Positions 9,245 through 17,509 of a DNA stretch of 55,113 bases are shown piece by piece. Each line of letters starts with the position of its first letter. The stretch's first letter is position 1. The position numbers and the translations under genes were made by a program. Source of the stretch: an uncultured Gammaproteobacteria bacterium (GTDB taxonomy: Bacteria > Patescibacteriota > Patescibacteriia > UBA9934 > GWF2-40-263). The notes below the pieces were generated by a model. The model was not told the DNA's origin, ran no database searches, and saw only the letters and a program-made list of their open reading frames with translations. The DNA lies in NCBI GenBank assembly GCA_964399675.1, contig CAYNRK010000007.1:1-55113 (forward strand), given 5' to 3'.

Positions 9245-9886
9245 CTACGAATTGTAATATTTAATAGCGACTCCATTATATCGATCAATCAACCCGTCAT
9301 AGACCAATTCAACCAATGGCTCAAAATCTTCATGCTGGTCTATTTGCGCCAATGCTTTCCGGTAACTGTTTTTATTTTGTTGTTCAACCTTGATGGAAAG
9401 ACCAACAAGCCCATGGCTTTCCAGAATCAAATTCGCGGCAAGACGTGCTGTGCGCCCATTTCCATCTCTGAAAGGATGAACGAACGTAATCAAATGATGC
9501 AACCAGGCAGCAACACGAATAACCTGATCAATCAATTCAATTTCTAGATTCTCATCTTGTATACTGTTTTGAATAATCCCTTCCGCCCTTTCAATTTTTT
9601 TCAACCGTTCCTGCAAATCTTCTTCTGCCTTCTTCATAAAATTTGGAACTTCTGAAAAATGCGGAGGATGATGCGATGAATCTGTAATCTTTAAATTTTC
9701 CTCGCGATAGATGCCCGCGATATCCGGCCATGCCTTTTTGAAAATCTCTTGACGAATCTCACAAATCGTCCCTATTGTTATCGGTTTGCGAGATCGAGAA
9801 TGTTTACGAACAAAACGAGAGGCACGGATTACTCCAATCGCCTCTCGCTTCTGTAACTCTTGTTTATCTGAAGGACGCACTGCCAT
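9245..9886 (-). CDS. Fic-domain toxin (class I)
   Basis: canonical HPFRDGNGRTAR motif. Confidence 0.9.
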   Translation of the reverse strand: MAVRPSDKQELQKREAIGVIRASRFVRKHSRSRKPITIGTICEIRQEIFKKAWPDIAGIYREENLKITDSSHHPPHFSEVPNFMKKAEEDLQERLKKIERAEGIIQNSIQDENLEIELIDQVIRVAAWLHHLITFVHPFRDGNGRTARLAANLILESHGLVGLSIKVEQQNKNSYRKALAQIDQHEDFEPLVELVYDGLIDRYNGVAIKYYNS

Positions 9887-9891
9887 AAAAT

Positions 9892-10095
9892 CTAAGAAAT
9901 TTTTTCACCCAATTCATCAAAGTCCTTCCTATCCACCTTACTACCTTCAAGAACACTTGAATAATAAGCATGCTCAATATCCCAACCCTTCTCAAGGGCG
10001 GCTTTTTGTTCCTTACTAAGCACCTCTATTTGTTTACGTGCCGCCTGCATCGTCTCAAAAAGCTGCGCTTTTTTGTCAGTTTTCTGCGTTTTCAT
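9892..10095 (-). CDS. Fic antitoxin (VbhA/FicA-like inhibitory helix)
   Basis: small ORF directly upstream of Fic with YSSVLEGS matching (S/T)xxxE(G/N). Confidence 0.75.
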   Translation of the reverse strand: MKTQKTDKKAQLFETMQAARKQIEVLSKEQKAALEKGWDIEHAYYSSVLEGSKVDRKDFDELGEKIS

Positions 10096-10165
10096 ATAGC
10101 TTACGCTTAAACTTACACACATTACTGCAAAAATCAATGGTTAACACTATTATACCCCAAATATC

Positions 10166-10291
10166 TTATTTGCCTTGTAGATATCTATAATCCCCTCCAA
10201 GAAGAAAACCAATCTTCGACCGACTTAGTTTCCAGTTGTTGCCACCATAGTTCCAGGAGGTAGCGCGGTTGGGGTTGTGGTATTGGGGCAT
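10166..10291 (-). pseudogene. truncated 5' copy 2 of the PD-(D/E)XK nuclease gene
   Basis: 10199-10291 ungapped, 12 mismatches in 93 bp; MPQYHNPNRATSWNYGGNNWKLSRSKI. Confidence 0.9.
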
Positions 10292-10341
10292 ATTATTCTT
10301 GTTCAATATACTTAACATTGACTTTTGAAATTTGCACAGTT

Positions 10342-10758
10342 CTATAACGCGATCAAATATTTTTTTAAAAATTTTTCTGTTCCCTTAATAGCCTCATCCT
10401 TTAATGCAGCAGGGCTACTAGCAATCCAGATAGCAAAATTGTAAAACTCCTGTTGGTCAACTTTCAACCATTTTTTATTTAGGTATAAAAAAGTTAGCAG
10501 TGTTGTAATGGCAATACGTTTGTTGCCATTTTGAAATGGGTGATTTTTAACCATCAGATAAAAAAGCACCGAGGCTTTGCCAATTAAACCACGGTACACA
10601 AACCTGCTATTAAATTTCTGAAAAGGCGCTGCAACGCACCCCTTTAGAATACCTGTAAATCGTGAGCTGAAATCAGGAATCGGTTCATCCTTGGTCATGA
10701 CATCATTAGCGACCTTAAACGCAATGTATTCAACCTCTTTTACAGAAATTAATCTCAT
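10342..10758 (-). CDS. Doc (death-on-curing) family toxin
   Basis: KNHPFQNGNKRIA degenerate Fic motif; 138 aa. Confidence 0.88.
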   Translation of the reverse strand: MRLISVKEVEYIAFKVANDVMTKDEPIPDFSSRFTGILKGCVAAPFQKFNSRFVYRGLIGKASVLFYLMVKNHPFQNGNKRIAITTLLTFLYLNKKWLKVDQQEFYNFAIWIASSPAALKDEAIKGTEKFLKKYLIAL

Positions 10759-10761
10759 ACA

Positions 10762-11034
10762 CTAATTATGCGCGAGCATTTTAAGTGTTGTTCCAAATTC
10801 TTCTATTGTCTTTTCCACAGCAGCATTGATCAGCTCTTTATCAGATTGACGCAATTCTTTACCAAGCAAAGCAGCCACCTCTGATCTAGGAATAGCATAA
10901 TTACGACCAATCTTCTCGGCCCGAAGTTTCCCAGTCTTTATCCGTTTATTTACCGCAACAACACTAATACCCAAAAGCCCAGCAACCTCAGTTGTCGAGT
11001 AAAACCGCTTCTTTTGATCAATTTCTTTTCCCAT
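10762..11034 (-). CDS. excisionase-like HTH protein, probable antitoxin of Doc
   Basis: FYSTTEVAGLLGIS...IKTGKLRAEKIGRNYAI; C-terminal helix ending TLKMLA; coupled to doc. Confidence 0.75.
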   Translation of the reverse strand: MGKEIDQKKRFYSTTEVAGLLGISVVAVNKRIKTGKLRAEKIGRNYAIPRSEVAALLGKELRQSDKELINAAVEKTIEEFGTTLKMLAHN

Positions 11035-11061
11035 ATAGTATATTAACTACTCATAAGTAGG

Positions 11062-11166
11062 TTAATCTATATAAACCAAAAAATCAATCTTCAACTGACT
11101 TGGTTGCCAGTTGTTGGCATAGTGGTTCCAGGAGGTAGTGTGGTTGGGGTTGTGGTAGGGGGGCAT
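11062..11166 (-). pseudogene. truncated 5' copy 3 (most diverged) of the PD-(D/E)XK nuclease gene
   Basis: 11077-11166 ungapped, 22 mismatches in 90 bp; MPPYHNPNHTTSWNHYANNWQPSQLKID. Confidence 0.85.
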
Positions 11167-11185
11167 GTTATTCGATTCAAAAAAT

Positions 11186-12409
11186 TTAATCTGCGGACTG
11201 CATGTCTTTTCCAATTTTTCCTTCAATCATAGCAACCGCGCACTTTCCAATGTGATAACCAAGATTAACAGGAACCGCGTTTCCAATCTGTCGATATTTA
11301 GAAGCAGTTGAACCTTCGAATTGCCAACCGTCTGGAAAGGTTTGAATTCTTGCATATTCCCTAACAGACAAAGGTCTTGTTTTGTCTGGATGACATCTTT
11401 CGGTCTGCTTTTGTGCAGGACTACAAGTTAAAGTTAAAGATGGTTCATTCCAAGAAAGCCTCCTTGCCATACCCGTCCTACCTCCACCATGATAATAACT
11501 TGCGCCCATATATTCCTTTTGTTTTGTTACAGGCAAATCTCTCCAATATCCACCAGGAGGTACCAATTTCAAAATTTCTTTTTTGTGTTGTGGATATTCC
11601 TGACCTTCTGACACAGGACAACCTTTCAATGCTTCCCGCATTGATATTATGTAATTCCGTTCTCTTGGAAAAAGAATTGGCGTGTCCAAATCTTTTCTTA
11701 CGCCAACAATAACAATTCGTTCACGTTTTTGAGGCACATCAAGATACTGTGCCCGGAGAAGTTTCCACGCAACTCTATACCCCAACTCATCAAGTGTTCT
11801 AAGCATCGTTCTCAAAGTCCTTCCGTCATCATGCCTAATCAATCCGCGCACATTTTCTCCGATTGCAATTTTAGGCTGAACTTCTTTAACACATCTAGCA
11901 AATTCATAAAACAAGGTTCCGCGCGTGTCAGTAAATCCTAAACGTTTACCAGCATAGCTGAAAGATTGGCATGGAAAACCACCTTCTACCAAATCAATTT
12001 TTCCAGCAAATTCTGAAAAGTTTATTTTTGAAATATCTTCCTCGATCACATTCCATTTTGGACGATTCAGAGTCAGTGTTCCGCAAGCATTTTTATCAAT
12101 TTCAACAAGCAACTCGTGCCTAAATCCAGAATTCTCCAACCCAAGCGCAGTTCCACCCGCCCCGGCAAAAAGATCAATTGAAGTAAGGTCACTCTTTTTT
12201 GATTTTAAAATCTTGTATTTGCTTTTTTGAAAAACACCGTTAATTTTATTGTTCAATTGTTTGACCGATTCAAGTTCAAACAACCTATGATTGTTGTTAT
12301 CCCTTGCCGCTTGAATCAAGCCTTTCTTTTCCCACCTTCTGATTGTATCAACGGAAACACCAAGAATTTCTGCAGCGTTGTGAACTAATAAAAATTTTTC
12401 CTCGTTCAT
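11186..12409 (-). CDS. DNA (cytosine-5) methyltransferase with N-terminal MerR-like HTH (Eco47II/Sau96I-like)
   Basis: DLFAGAGG, GGFPCQSFS, ENVRG, QKRER, RQIGNAVP; N-terminal AAEILGVSVDTIRRWE. Confidence 0.93.
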   Translation of the reverse strand: MNEEKFLLVHNAAEILGVSVDTIRRWEKKGLIQAARDNNNHRLFELESVKQLNNKINGVFQKSKYKILKSKKSDLTSIDLFAGAGGTALGLENSGFRHELLVEIDKNACGTLTLNRPKWNVIEEDISKINFSEFAGKIDLVEGGFPCQSFSYAGKRLGFTDTRGTLFYEFARCVKEVQPKIAIGENVRGLIRHDDGRTLRTMLRTLDELGYRVAWKLLRAQYLDVPQKRERIVIVGVRKDLDTPILFPRERNYIISMREALKGCPVSEGQEYPQHKKEILKLVPPGGYWRDLPVTKQKEYMGASYYHGGGRTGMARRLSWNEPSLTLTCSPAQKQTERCHPDKTRPLSVREYARIQTFPDGWQFEGSTASKYRQIGNAVPVNLGYHIGKCAVAMIEGKIGKDMQSAD

Positions 12410-12419
12410 ATAAAAAATA

Positions 12420-12454
12420 AATAACCATTGCATTATGCAATGGTTATTATATCA
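12420..12454 (-). promoter_or_regulatory. perfect 14-bp inverted repeat operator overlapping an extended -10 promoter of the MTase
   Basis: aataaccattgcat-t-atgcaatggttatt (12420-12448); minus-strand TGA-TATAAT at 12454-12446. Confidence 0.7.
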
Positions 12455-12466
12455 TGCCTAAATTTT

Positions 12467-13183
12467 TTACATATCCACACCAAATGCCCTTGAAAATAAT
12501 TTCTTAAATTCCGTGTCGTGTGTTGCATTCTGTTCAACGCCTTCAACCAATTCCGCCACAACTTCTGGCAAGGCTCTATACACATCTCGTAAAGCATCTT
12601 TCTTTTTTGATGCCAATTCATAGAATGAATAACCATCGATTACTCTTATTCTTTCATTAACCGGTCTTCTTGTACCCGTTCTGTTATCAGATGGTACAAA
12701 AGGTTTATCATAACGATTTGCTTTTTTTGGAATTATTTCTACATAATATCCAACGTATCCCTTTTCCTCGTTTATTATTTTTTCCAAATCATCATAAATA
12801 CTCGTCTTATGATTCCCCTTTGTTGTGTTGTACTTATTTTTTACCTCAGCAACAATTTTTCTTGCCTTGTTTCGAATATCAACAACATCGCCCCTACCCA
12901 AATCCTCCCATCCAGAAATATGCCCAAGTAGTTTTTGATGAAATTCTCCAATGCTATTTTGCATTGTTTTCTGAATTTGTCTTGCTTGCTCTTTTTTTAA
13001 CCACTCGGTCAAACTTAAATTTGAGTATACTGATTCAAAAACCGCAGAAAAAGGGTCTAATACATTGCTGTAAATTTTTTCTTCTGATTCTTCTTCTGCT
13101 TTTCTGATCGCATCAAGTACAAACTGAACAGCATCTGAAAAATCTGAACTGGAAATAAAGCTGACAAATTTAGAACTACTCAT
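12467..13183 (-). CDS. Type II restriction endonuclease, Eco47II family
   Basis: N.LDPFS, QIQKTMQNSIGEFHQ, VDI...AEVKNKYNT; adjacent to a C5 MTase. Confidence 0.85.
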   Translation of the reverse strand: MSSSKFVSFISSSDFSDAVQFVLDAIRKAEEESEEKIYSNVLDPFSAVFESVYSNLSLTEWLKKEQARQIQKTMQNSIGEFHQKLLGHISGWEDLGRGDVVDIRNKARKIVAEVKNKYNTTKGNHKTSIYDDLEKIINEEKGYVGYYVEIIPKKANRYDKPFVPSDNRTGTRRPVNERIRVIDGYSFYELASKKKDALRDVYRALPEVVAELVEGVEQNATHDTEFKKLFSRAFGVDM

Positions 13184-13233
13184 AAAATAATCTTCTAACA
13201 AAACCCAGCCTTAAGAGCTGGGATCGTAATAAA

Positions 13234-13262
13234 AGTTTATCGATTTTCTAGGGCATGGTCAA
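13234..13262 (-). promoter_or_regulatory. sigma70-type promoter of the REase gene
   Basis: TTGACC, 17 nt, TAAACT on the minus strand. Confidence 0.5.
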
Positions 13263-13331
13263 GCAAATTTTTGACGTAAAAGCGTCTTAGGTTGGGGATT
13301 GGAAGTCTAAACGCTACAATTAACGACCCCT

Positions 13332-13676
13332 CTATTTTTCAATAACAGATTTTATGATTTTACCAACTGCATCCAAAGCATTGAGCGACAAACGGGGCAA
13401 GAATCCAACAATTCCAAAAACACCGAATGCTAGTAAAAACAAATGTGCGAAGTTAAAAACGACTGAATCAGACAAAAAAAGTAAGTCTACAAAAGTGTAA
13501 ATTGCGAGCCACCCAACTAAAGCACTGGAAAAACTGATCCAAAATTTTATCAAGCACGAAACCGGTTTAACGCAAAATTTAAATTGCAAACCAACACCAA
13601 AACCAACAAACACTGAAAAAAACAGAACGATGAAAATGTAGTTCTCTAAAAGAATCGAAATGAATATGTGTTGCAT
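13332..13676 (-). CDS. small hydrophobic membrane protein (about 3 TM)
   Basis: 114-aa ORF directly downstream of hsdR. Confidence 0.6.
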   Translation of the reverse strand: MQHIFISILLENYIFIVLFFSVFVGFGVGLQFKFCVKPVSCLIKFWISFSSALVGWLAIYTFVDLLFLSDSVVFNFAHLFLLAFGVFGIVGFLPRLSLNALDAVGKIIKSVIEK

Positions 13677-13702
13677 AATATTTTGATTTACTTAAAAGTA
13701 AT

Positions 13703-16498
13703 TTACCACTCAAACACATCAACGATATTTTCAATCGCGCTTTTGATTCGTTTAACAATCCCTGATCGTTCAAGAATTCTTGGTTGCTCTGGCATTAAAT
13801 CAACAATGTCCTGACTACGAGGCAGGCGTTGGGTGTACAAATAGTCCCCAATCAATTGCTCAATATTATCAAGTGGAATTTTCTCATCTTTTGCAAGAGC
13901 TTTCAAATTATCAGAACGCTTGCTTGCCCAAAATTTACTAAAGGCCTTTTCAACATCATCTGCCTTTTTAATATTTGGTAAATTCTCTTCAATAAACTTT
14001 CTAATCAAATCTTTCTTTTTTCTAAGCTTCACATCACGATCAAAAATTCGCAAAATATCTTCTGTCTTTTTTTCTCGAACTGCGTCAGAACTAATATTTT
14101 TAAGTCCTGCTATTAGCAAGATAATGTAATCAAAATTTATAATATCTCGAACCGTAAGCTCAAGCTCAAAATCAATCTGATCAAGAATAGATTCATCTTC
14201 GCTTTCATTATTCTTGCGATCTTCATGAACATCTAAATATTTACTTTGATAGTCATAAAATTCTTGTTCTGTAATTCCAAGCTCGACAAATGAAAACTCT
14301 GCAAAAGTTTCAAGCGACGACTTAATGCGCAACAAGTCACGAAATGTTCTCACAAACTCAGCCTTTTCTTCTTCACCCTGCAGAGAATCAACGGACTCCA
14401 CAGTCGGAACCTTTTCGCGCAACTCTTTCAATTTACTCTCAAATTCTTTTTTCTGATCTTCATAAGGCTTCTTAAAAACAACCTCTTTTGCATTTTCATC
14501 TCCATACAAAGCAAGGGCCTTATCAGTAGCTAATTTCAAATTTCTAAATGAGACAATGTTTCCATGTGGCTTGTCAGAATTCAACAAACGGTTGGTACGT
14601 GAATAAGCTTGGATAAGCCCGTGATAACGCAAATTCTTGTCCACATACAACGTATTAAGTCTTGGACTATCAAACCCTGTTAAAAACATATTCACCACAA
14701 GCACAAGATCAACTTCCTTATCTTTGATCCGTTTTTGCAAATCCCTGTAGTAATCATAAAATCGATCTGTTGAAAAATTGGTTGCAAACGTTTTGTTGTA
14801 ATCCTTTATGCAATCTTCCAAAAAATCACGCGAGTGTTTATTTCCAGGAGTTCCCTCACCTGCAAACACATCCACATCAAGCATGTCCGAACTGTCGTCT
14901 TCATTTGCGTGATATGTAAAAATAGTTGCGATTTTAAAATCATCAGACTTTTTCTTTTTAAACAAAGTATAATACTTTTTCAAAACCTCAATACTTGTCA
15001 CTGCAAAAAGTGCATTGAACTTTCCTTTCTTTGTTTTCCGCTTCCAATCCGCCAACACATATTCTGTGATTTTATTAAGGCGATCACTGCTCTCGAGTAC
15101 TTCTTTTGTATCAATTCCCTCAACAAGAGTTTCGGCAAAAATATCCGCATCCACTACATCAGAATCCTTTTGCGTGTATTTGCCAACATACTCAACCGCA
15201 AAGCCAAGCACATTATTATCAGAGATTGCATGAGTGATGATATACCTGTGCAAACATTCATTAAACACATCAGCTGTTGTTACTCCTCCAACATTGTTAT
15301 CAGCAAAAATCGGCGTTCCAGTAAAGCCAAAAAGTTGGGCCTGTTTAAAAAATGTTTCTATTCGTTTATGTGTTTGACCAAATTGACTGCGGTGACATTC
15401 GTCAAAAATGATTATCACTTTTTCATTTTCCAAGTAGTTAAATTGTTTTAAATAAGACTCTCGCCCAATTGCAATATCGAGCTTTTGAATTGTGGTGACA
15501 ATGAGTTTTCTTTTCTTATCTTTCAATTGCTTTACAAGATTACGAGTATTATCAGTTCCATCAACCGATCCGTCAGAAAATGAATTGAACTCTTTTGTTG
15601 TTTGAATATCTAGATCTTTTCTATCAACAACAAACAAGACTTTTTTAACCTCGGGGATTTGTGAAAGAATCTGACTTGTCTTAAATGAAGTTAATGTTTT
15701 ACCAGATCCTGTTGTATGCCAAATGTAACCATTCTTACTTGATTCAAGCACGCGCTTCTCAATGGCTTTGACAGCAAAGTATTGATAAGGACGAAGAACC
15801 ATTGGAATTTTCTTTGATTCAGCAAGAACAATATGCTCAGCAATCATTTCTGAAATAGAACATTTTTCCAAGAATGCTTCCGCAAACTCATCAAGCTTTG
15901 TAATCTTTCTATTATCTACATCCGTCCAAAAAAATGTTTGTTCAAATGATTGCTTTGGATTGTTTGAAAAATACTTCGTATTCACCCCATTTGAAATAAC
16001 AAAAATTTGCACGTATTCAAAAAGTGTTCCAGCAAATGAATGTTTATGATATCGCTGAATCTGATTAAACGCTTCCTTCATTTCCACCCCTCGACGCTTT
16101 AATTCAATCTGAACAAGCGGCAGCCCATTGATTAAAAGCGTAACGTCATACCGATTCTCATACCGACCAACCTGTGTAATCTGCTGGGTAACTTGATATC
16201 GATTCTTACACCACTTATCCATGCAGAAAAAAACAATATACTTGGTACTCTCATCATCTCTTTTCAAAAGAAACCGATCCCGCAAGGTTTTCGCCTTTTC
16301 AAACCGATCGCCTTTTTTAAGATGATTCAAAATTTTCTTAAACTCACCATCAGAAAAAGTCGTTTCATTCAAAAGCTCAAGCTGCACTTTTAAATTTCCA
16401 ATCATTTCTTCCTGATCTTTTATTGTCACCCCTAAAAATCCCAACTGATTAAGTTGTTTGATGAGAGTGTTTTCAAGTTGTTGTTCGGATTGGGGCAT
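13703..16498 (-). CDS. hsdR: Type I restriction enzyme R subunit (EcoR124I-like)
   Basis: RYDV.LLINGLPLVQIELK, WHTTGSGKT, DECHRS, FTGTP, MFLTGFD, QAYSRTNR. Confidence 0.96.
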   Translation of the reverse strand: MPQSEQQLENTLIKQLNQLGFLGVTIKDQEEMIGNLKVQLELLNETTFSDGEFKKILNHLKKGDRFEKAKTLRDRFLLKRDDESTKYIVFFCMDKWCKNRYQVTQQITQVGRYENRYDVTLLINGLPLVQIELKRRGVEMKEAFNQIQRYHKHSFAGTLFEYVQIFVISNGVNTKYFSNNPKQSFEQTFFWTDVDNRKITKLDEFAEAFLEKCSISEMIAEHIVLAESKKIPMVLRPYQYFAVKAIEKRVLESSKNGYIWHTTGSGKTLTSFKTSQILSQIPEVKKVLFVVDRKDLDIQTTKEFNSFSDGSVDGTDNTRNLVKQLKDKKRKLIVTTIQKLDIAIGRESYLKQFNYLENEKVIIIFDECHRSQFGQTHKRIETFFKQAQLFGFTGTPIFADNNVGGVTTADVFNECLHRYIITHAISDNNVLGFAVEYVGKYTQKDSDVVDADIFAETLVEGIDTKEVLESSDRLNKITEYVLADWKRKTKKGKFNALFAVTSIEVLKKYYTLFKKKKSDDFKIATIFTYHANEDDSSDMLDVDVFAGEGTPGNKHSRDFLEDCIKDYNKTFATNFSTDRFYDYYRDLQKRIKDKEVDLVLVVNMFLTGFDSPRLNTLYVDKNLRYHGLIQAYSRTNRLLNSDKPHGNIVSFRNLKLATDKALALYGDENAKEVVFKKPYEDQKKEFESKLKELREKVPTVESVDSLQGEEEKAEFVRTFRDLLRIKSSLETFAEFSFVELGITEQEFYDYQSKYLDVHEDRKNNESEDESILDQIDFELELTVRDIINFDYIILLIAGLKNISSDAVREKKTEDILRIFDRDVKLRKKKDLIRKFIEENLPNIKKADDVEKAFSKFWASKRSDNLKALAKDEKIPLDNIEQLIGDYLYTQRLPRSQDIVDLMPEQPRILERSGIVKRIKSAIENIVDVFEW

Positions 16499-16693
16499 AT
16501 AAGCCTGTTTTAATTGTGTATAAATATCTTGACAAAATGACAGTTTTCTGCCAACATATAAGCATCAATACGAGAAGGGATCCGAATGGCTAACTACCTA
16601 AGGAGCCCTTTTCTTTTTGAATTTTAGCCTTTATTGCTTCTTGATCGAGGTGATCAAAATACTCCGATCCAAGTTTTTTATTTTCCATATTTT

Positions 16694-16768
16694 TCATCTC
16701 AAAAACCCCAATCGGTTAAGTTGTTTGATGAGGGTGTTTTCGAGTTGTTGTTCGGATTGGTGAAGCAT
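16694..16768 (-). pseudogene. truncated 5' copy A of hsdR
   Basis: MLHQSEQQLENTLIKQLNRLGFLR* versus HsdR MPQSEQQLENTLIKQLNQLGFL; 7 mismatches in 60 bp. Confidence 0.92.
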
Positions 16769-16770
16769 AA

Positions 16771-17298
16771 TCAATTTAGCAGACCCATACTTTTTGCTTT
16801 ATCGCTGTCGATTTTTAATAAGGCAACTGAACAATAGCACTTACCCTCATCAATTGGATAGACATGAATCATGTCAAATAAAAATGATGGGAAGTCTTTT
16901 AAATTTAATGTTGCTATGCAAAGGTTTTCTGCATGCCGTAAGGCAAACGCGGTTATAACACAATCTACAAGAGAGGCGCCGCTCAGATCCCTTACCGCAT
17001 ATTCGTAAGCCACCTTTTCCGCTAAATCCATAAGTTCCGCATCTGATGGACGACTAGGCAACGTAACCAATCCTAAATTTTCCCAAAACTCATCCCTTAA
17101 CTTCTTATGTTCAGGAGATTTTGCGCCTTTCATAAACTCAAAACGCACAAACGGAAATGACACTGGGGTGCAACCTGCTTCTTTTAAATCAGAAAAAAAA
17201 CGCGCTGCTTCCTTTGCGTTTTTAAATCCTCGAAGCAGAACGCCTGTATCGATCAAAAGTGAATTTTTGTTAAGTTGTTGTTTCCAATTCACTGTCAT
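16771..17298 (-). CDS. PIN-domain (VapC-like) ribonuclease
   Basis: LLIDTGVL, conserved E, SLVDCVI, IATLNLKDF. Confidence 0.8.
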   Translation of the reverse strand: MTVNWKQQLNKNSLLIDTGVLLRGFKNAKEAARFFSDLKEAGCTPVSFPFVRFEFMKGAKSPEHKKLRDEFWENLGLVTLPSRPSDAELMDLAEKVAYEYAVRDLSGASLVDCVITAFALRHAENLCIATLNLKDFPSFLFDMIHVYPIDEGKCYCSVALLKIDSDKAKSMGLLN

Positions 17299-17419
17299 AT
17301 TGAACCTGACCTTTCTTTTCTTCTTCTGTCAACCGCTCAATCTTTACAGCCAATTCCGCCAATTTCTCAAAATTGGGTTTTTCTGTAGAGATATTTTGTT
17401 TATTTTCTTCCTTCTCCAT
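17270..17419 (-). CDS. small acidic protein, putative antitoxin of the PIN protein
   Basis: 49-aa ORF overlapping the PIN start; inferred from position only. Confidence 0.45.
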   Translation of the reverse strand: MEKEENKQNISTEKPNFEKLAELAVKIERLTEEEKKGQVQYDSELETTT

Positions 17420-17435
17420 ACGTCTATATAATAGC

Positions 17436-17507
17436 TTATTCTTTTCGCTCTGCACAACCTCGCTCAAACACACTCTTTTCAAGTTGTTGTTCGGATTGGT
17501 GGAGCAT
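17436..17507 (-). pseudogene. truncated 5' copy B of hsdR
   Basis: MLHQSEQQLE...; caatccgaacaacaacttgaaaa is identical to the hsdR start region. Confidence 0.85.
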
Positions 17508-17509
17508 GG

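Noticed and set aside
9059-11166. Recurrent repeats near a Cas4-like gene read as a CRISPR array
   Set aside because: Units are 90-123 bp gene fragments separated by ~0.8-1.2 kb of genes; no cas1/cas2 and no regular spacers.
13285-13310. Possible fourth nuclease 5' remnant (ggttggggattgg)
   Set aside because: Only about 8-10 matching bases with no ATG-anchored alignment; cannot be distinguished from chance.
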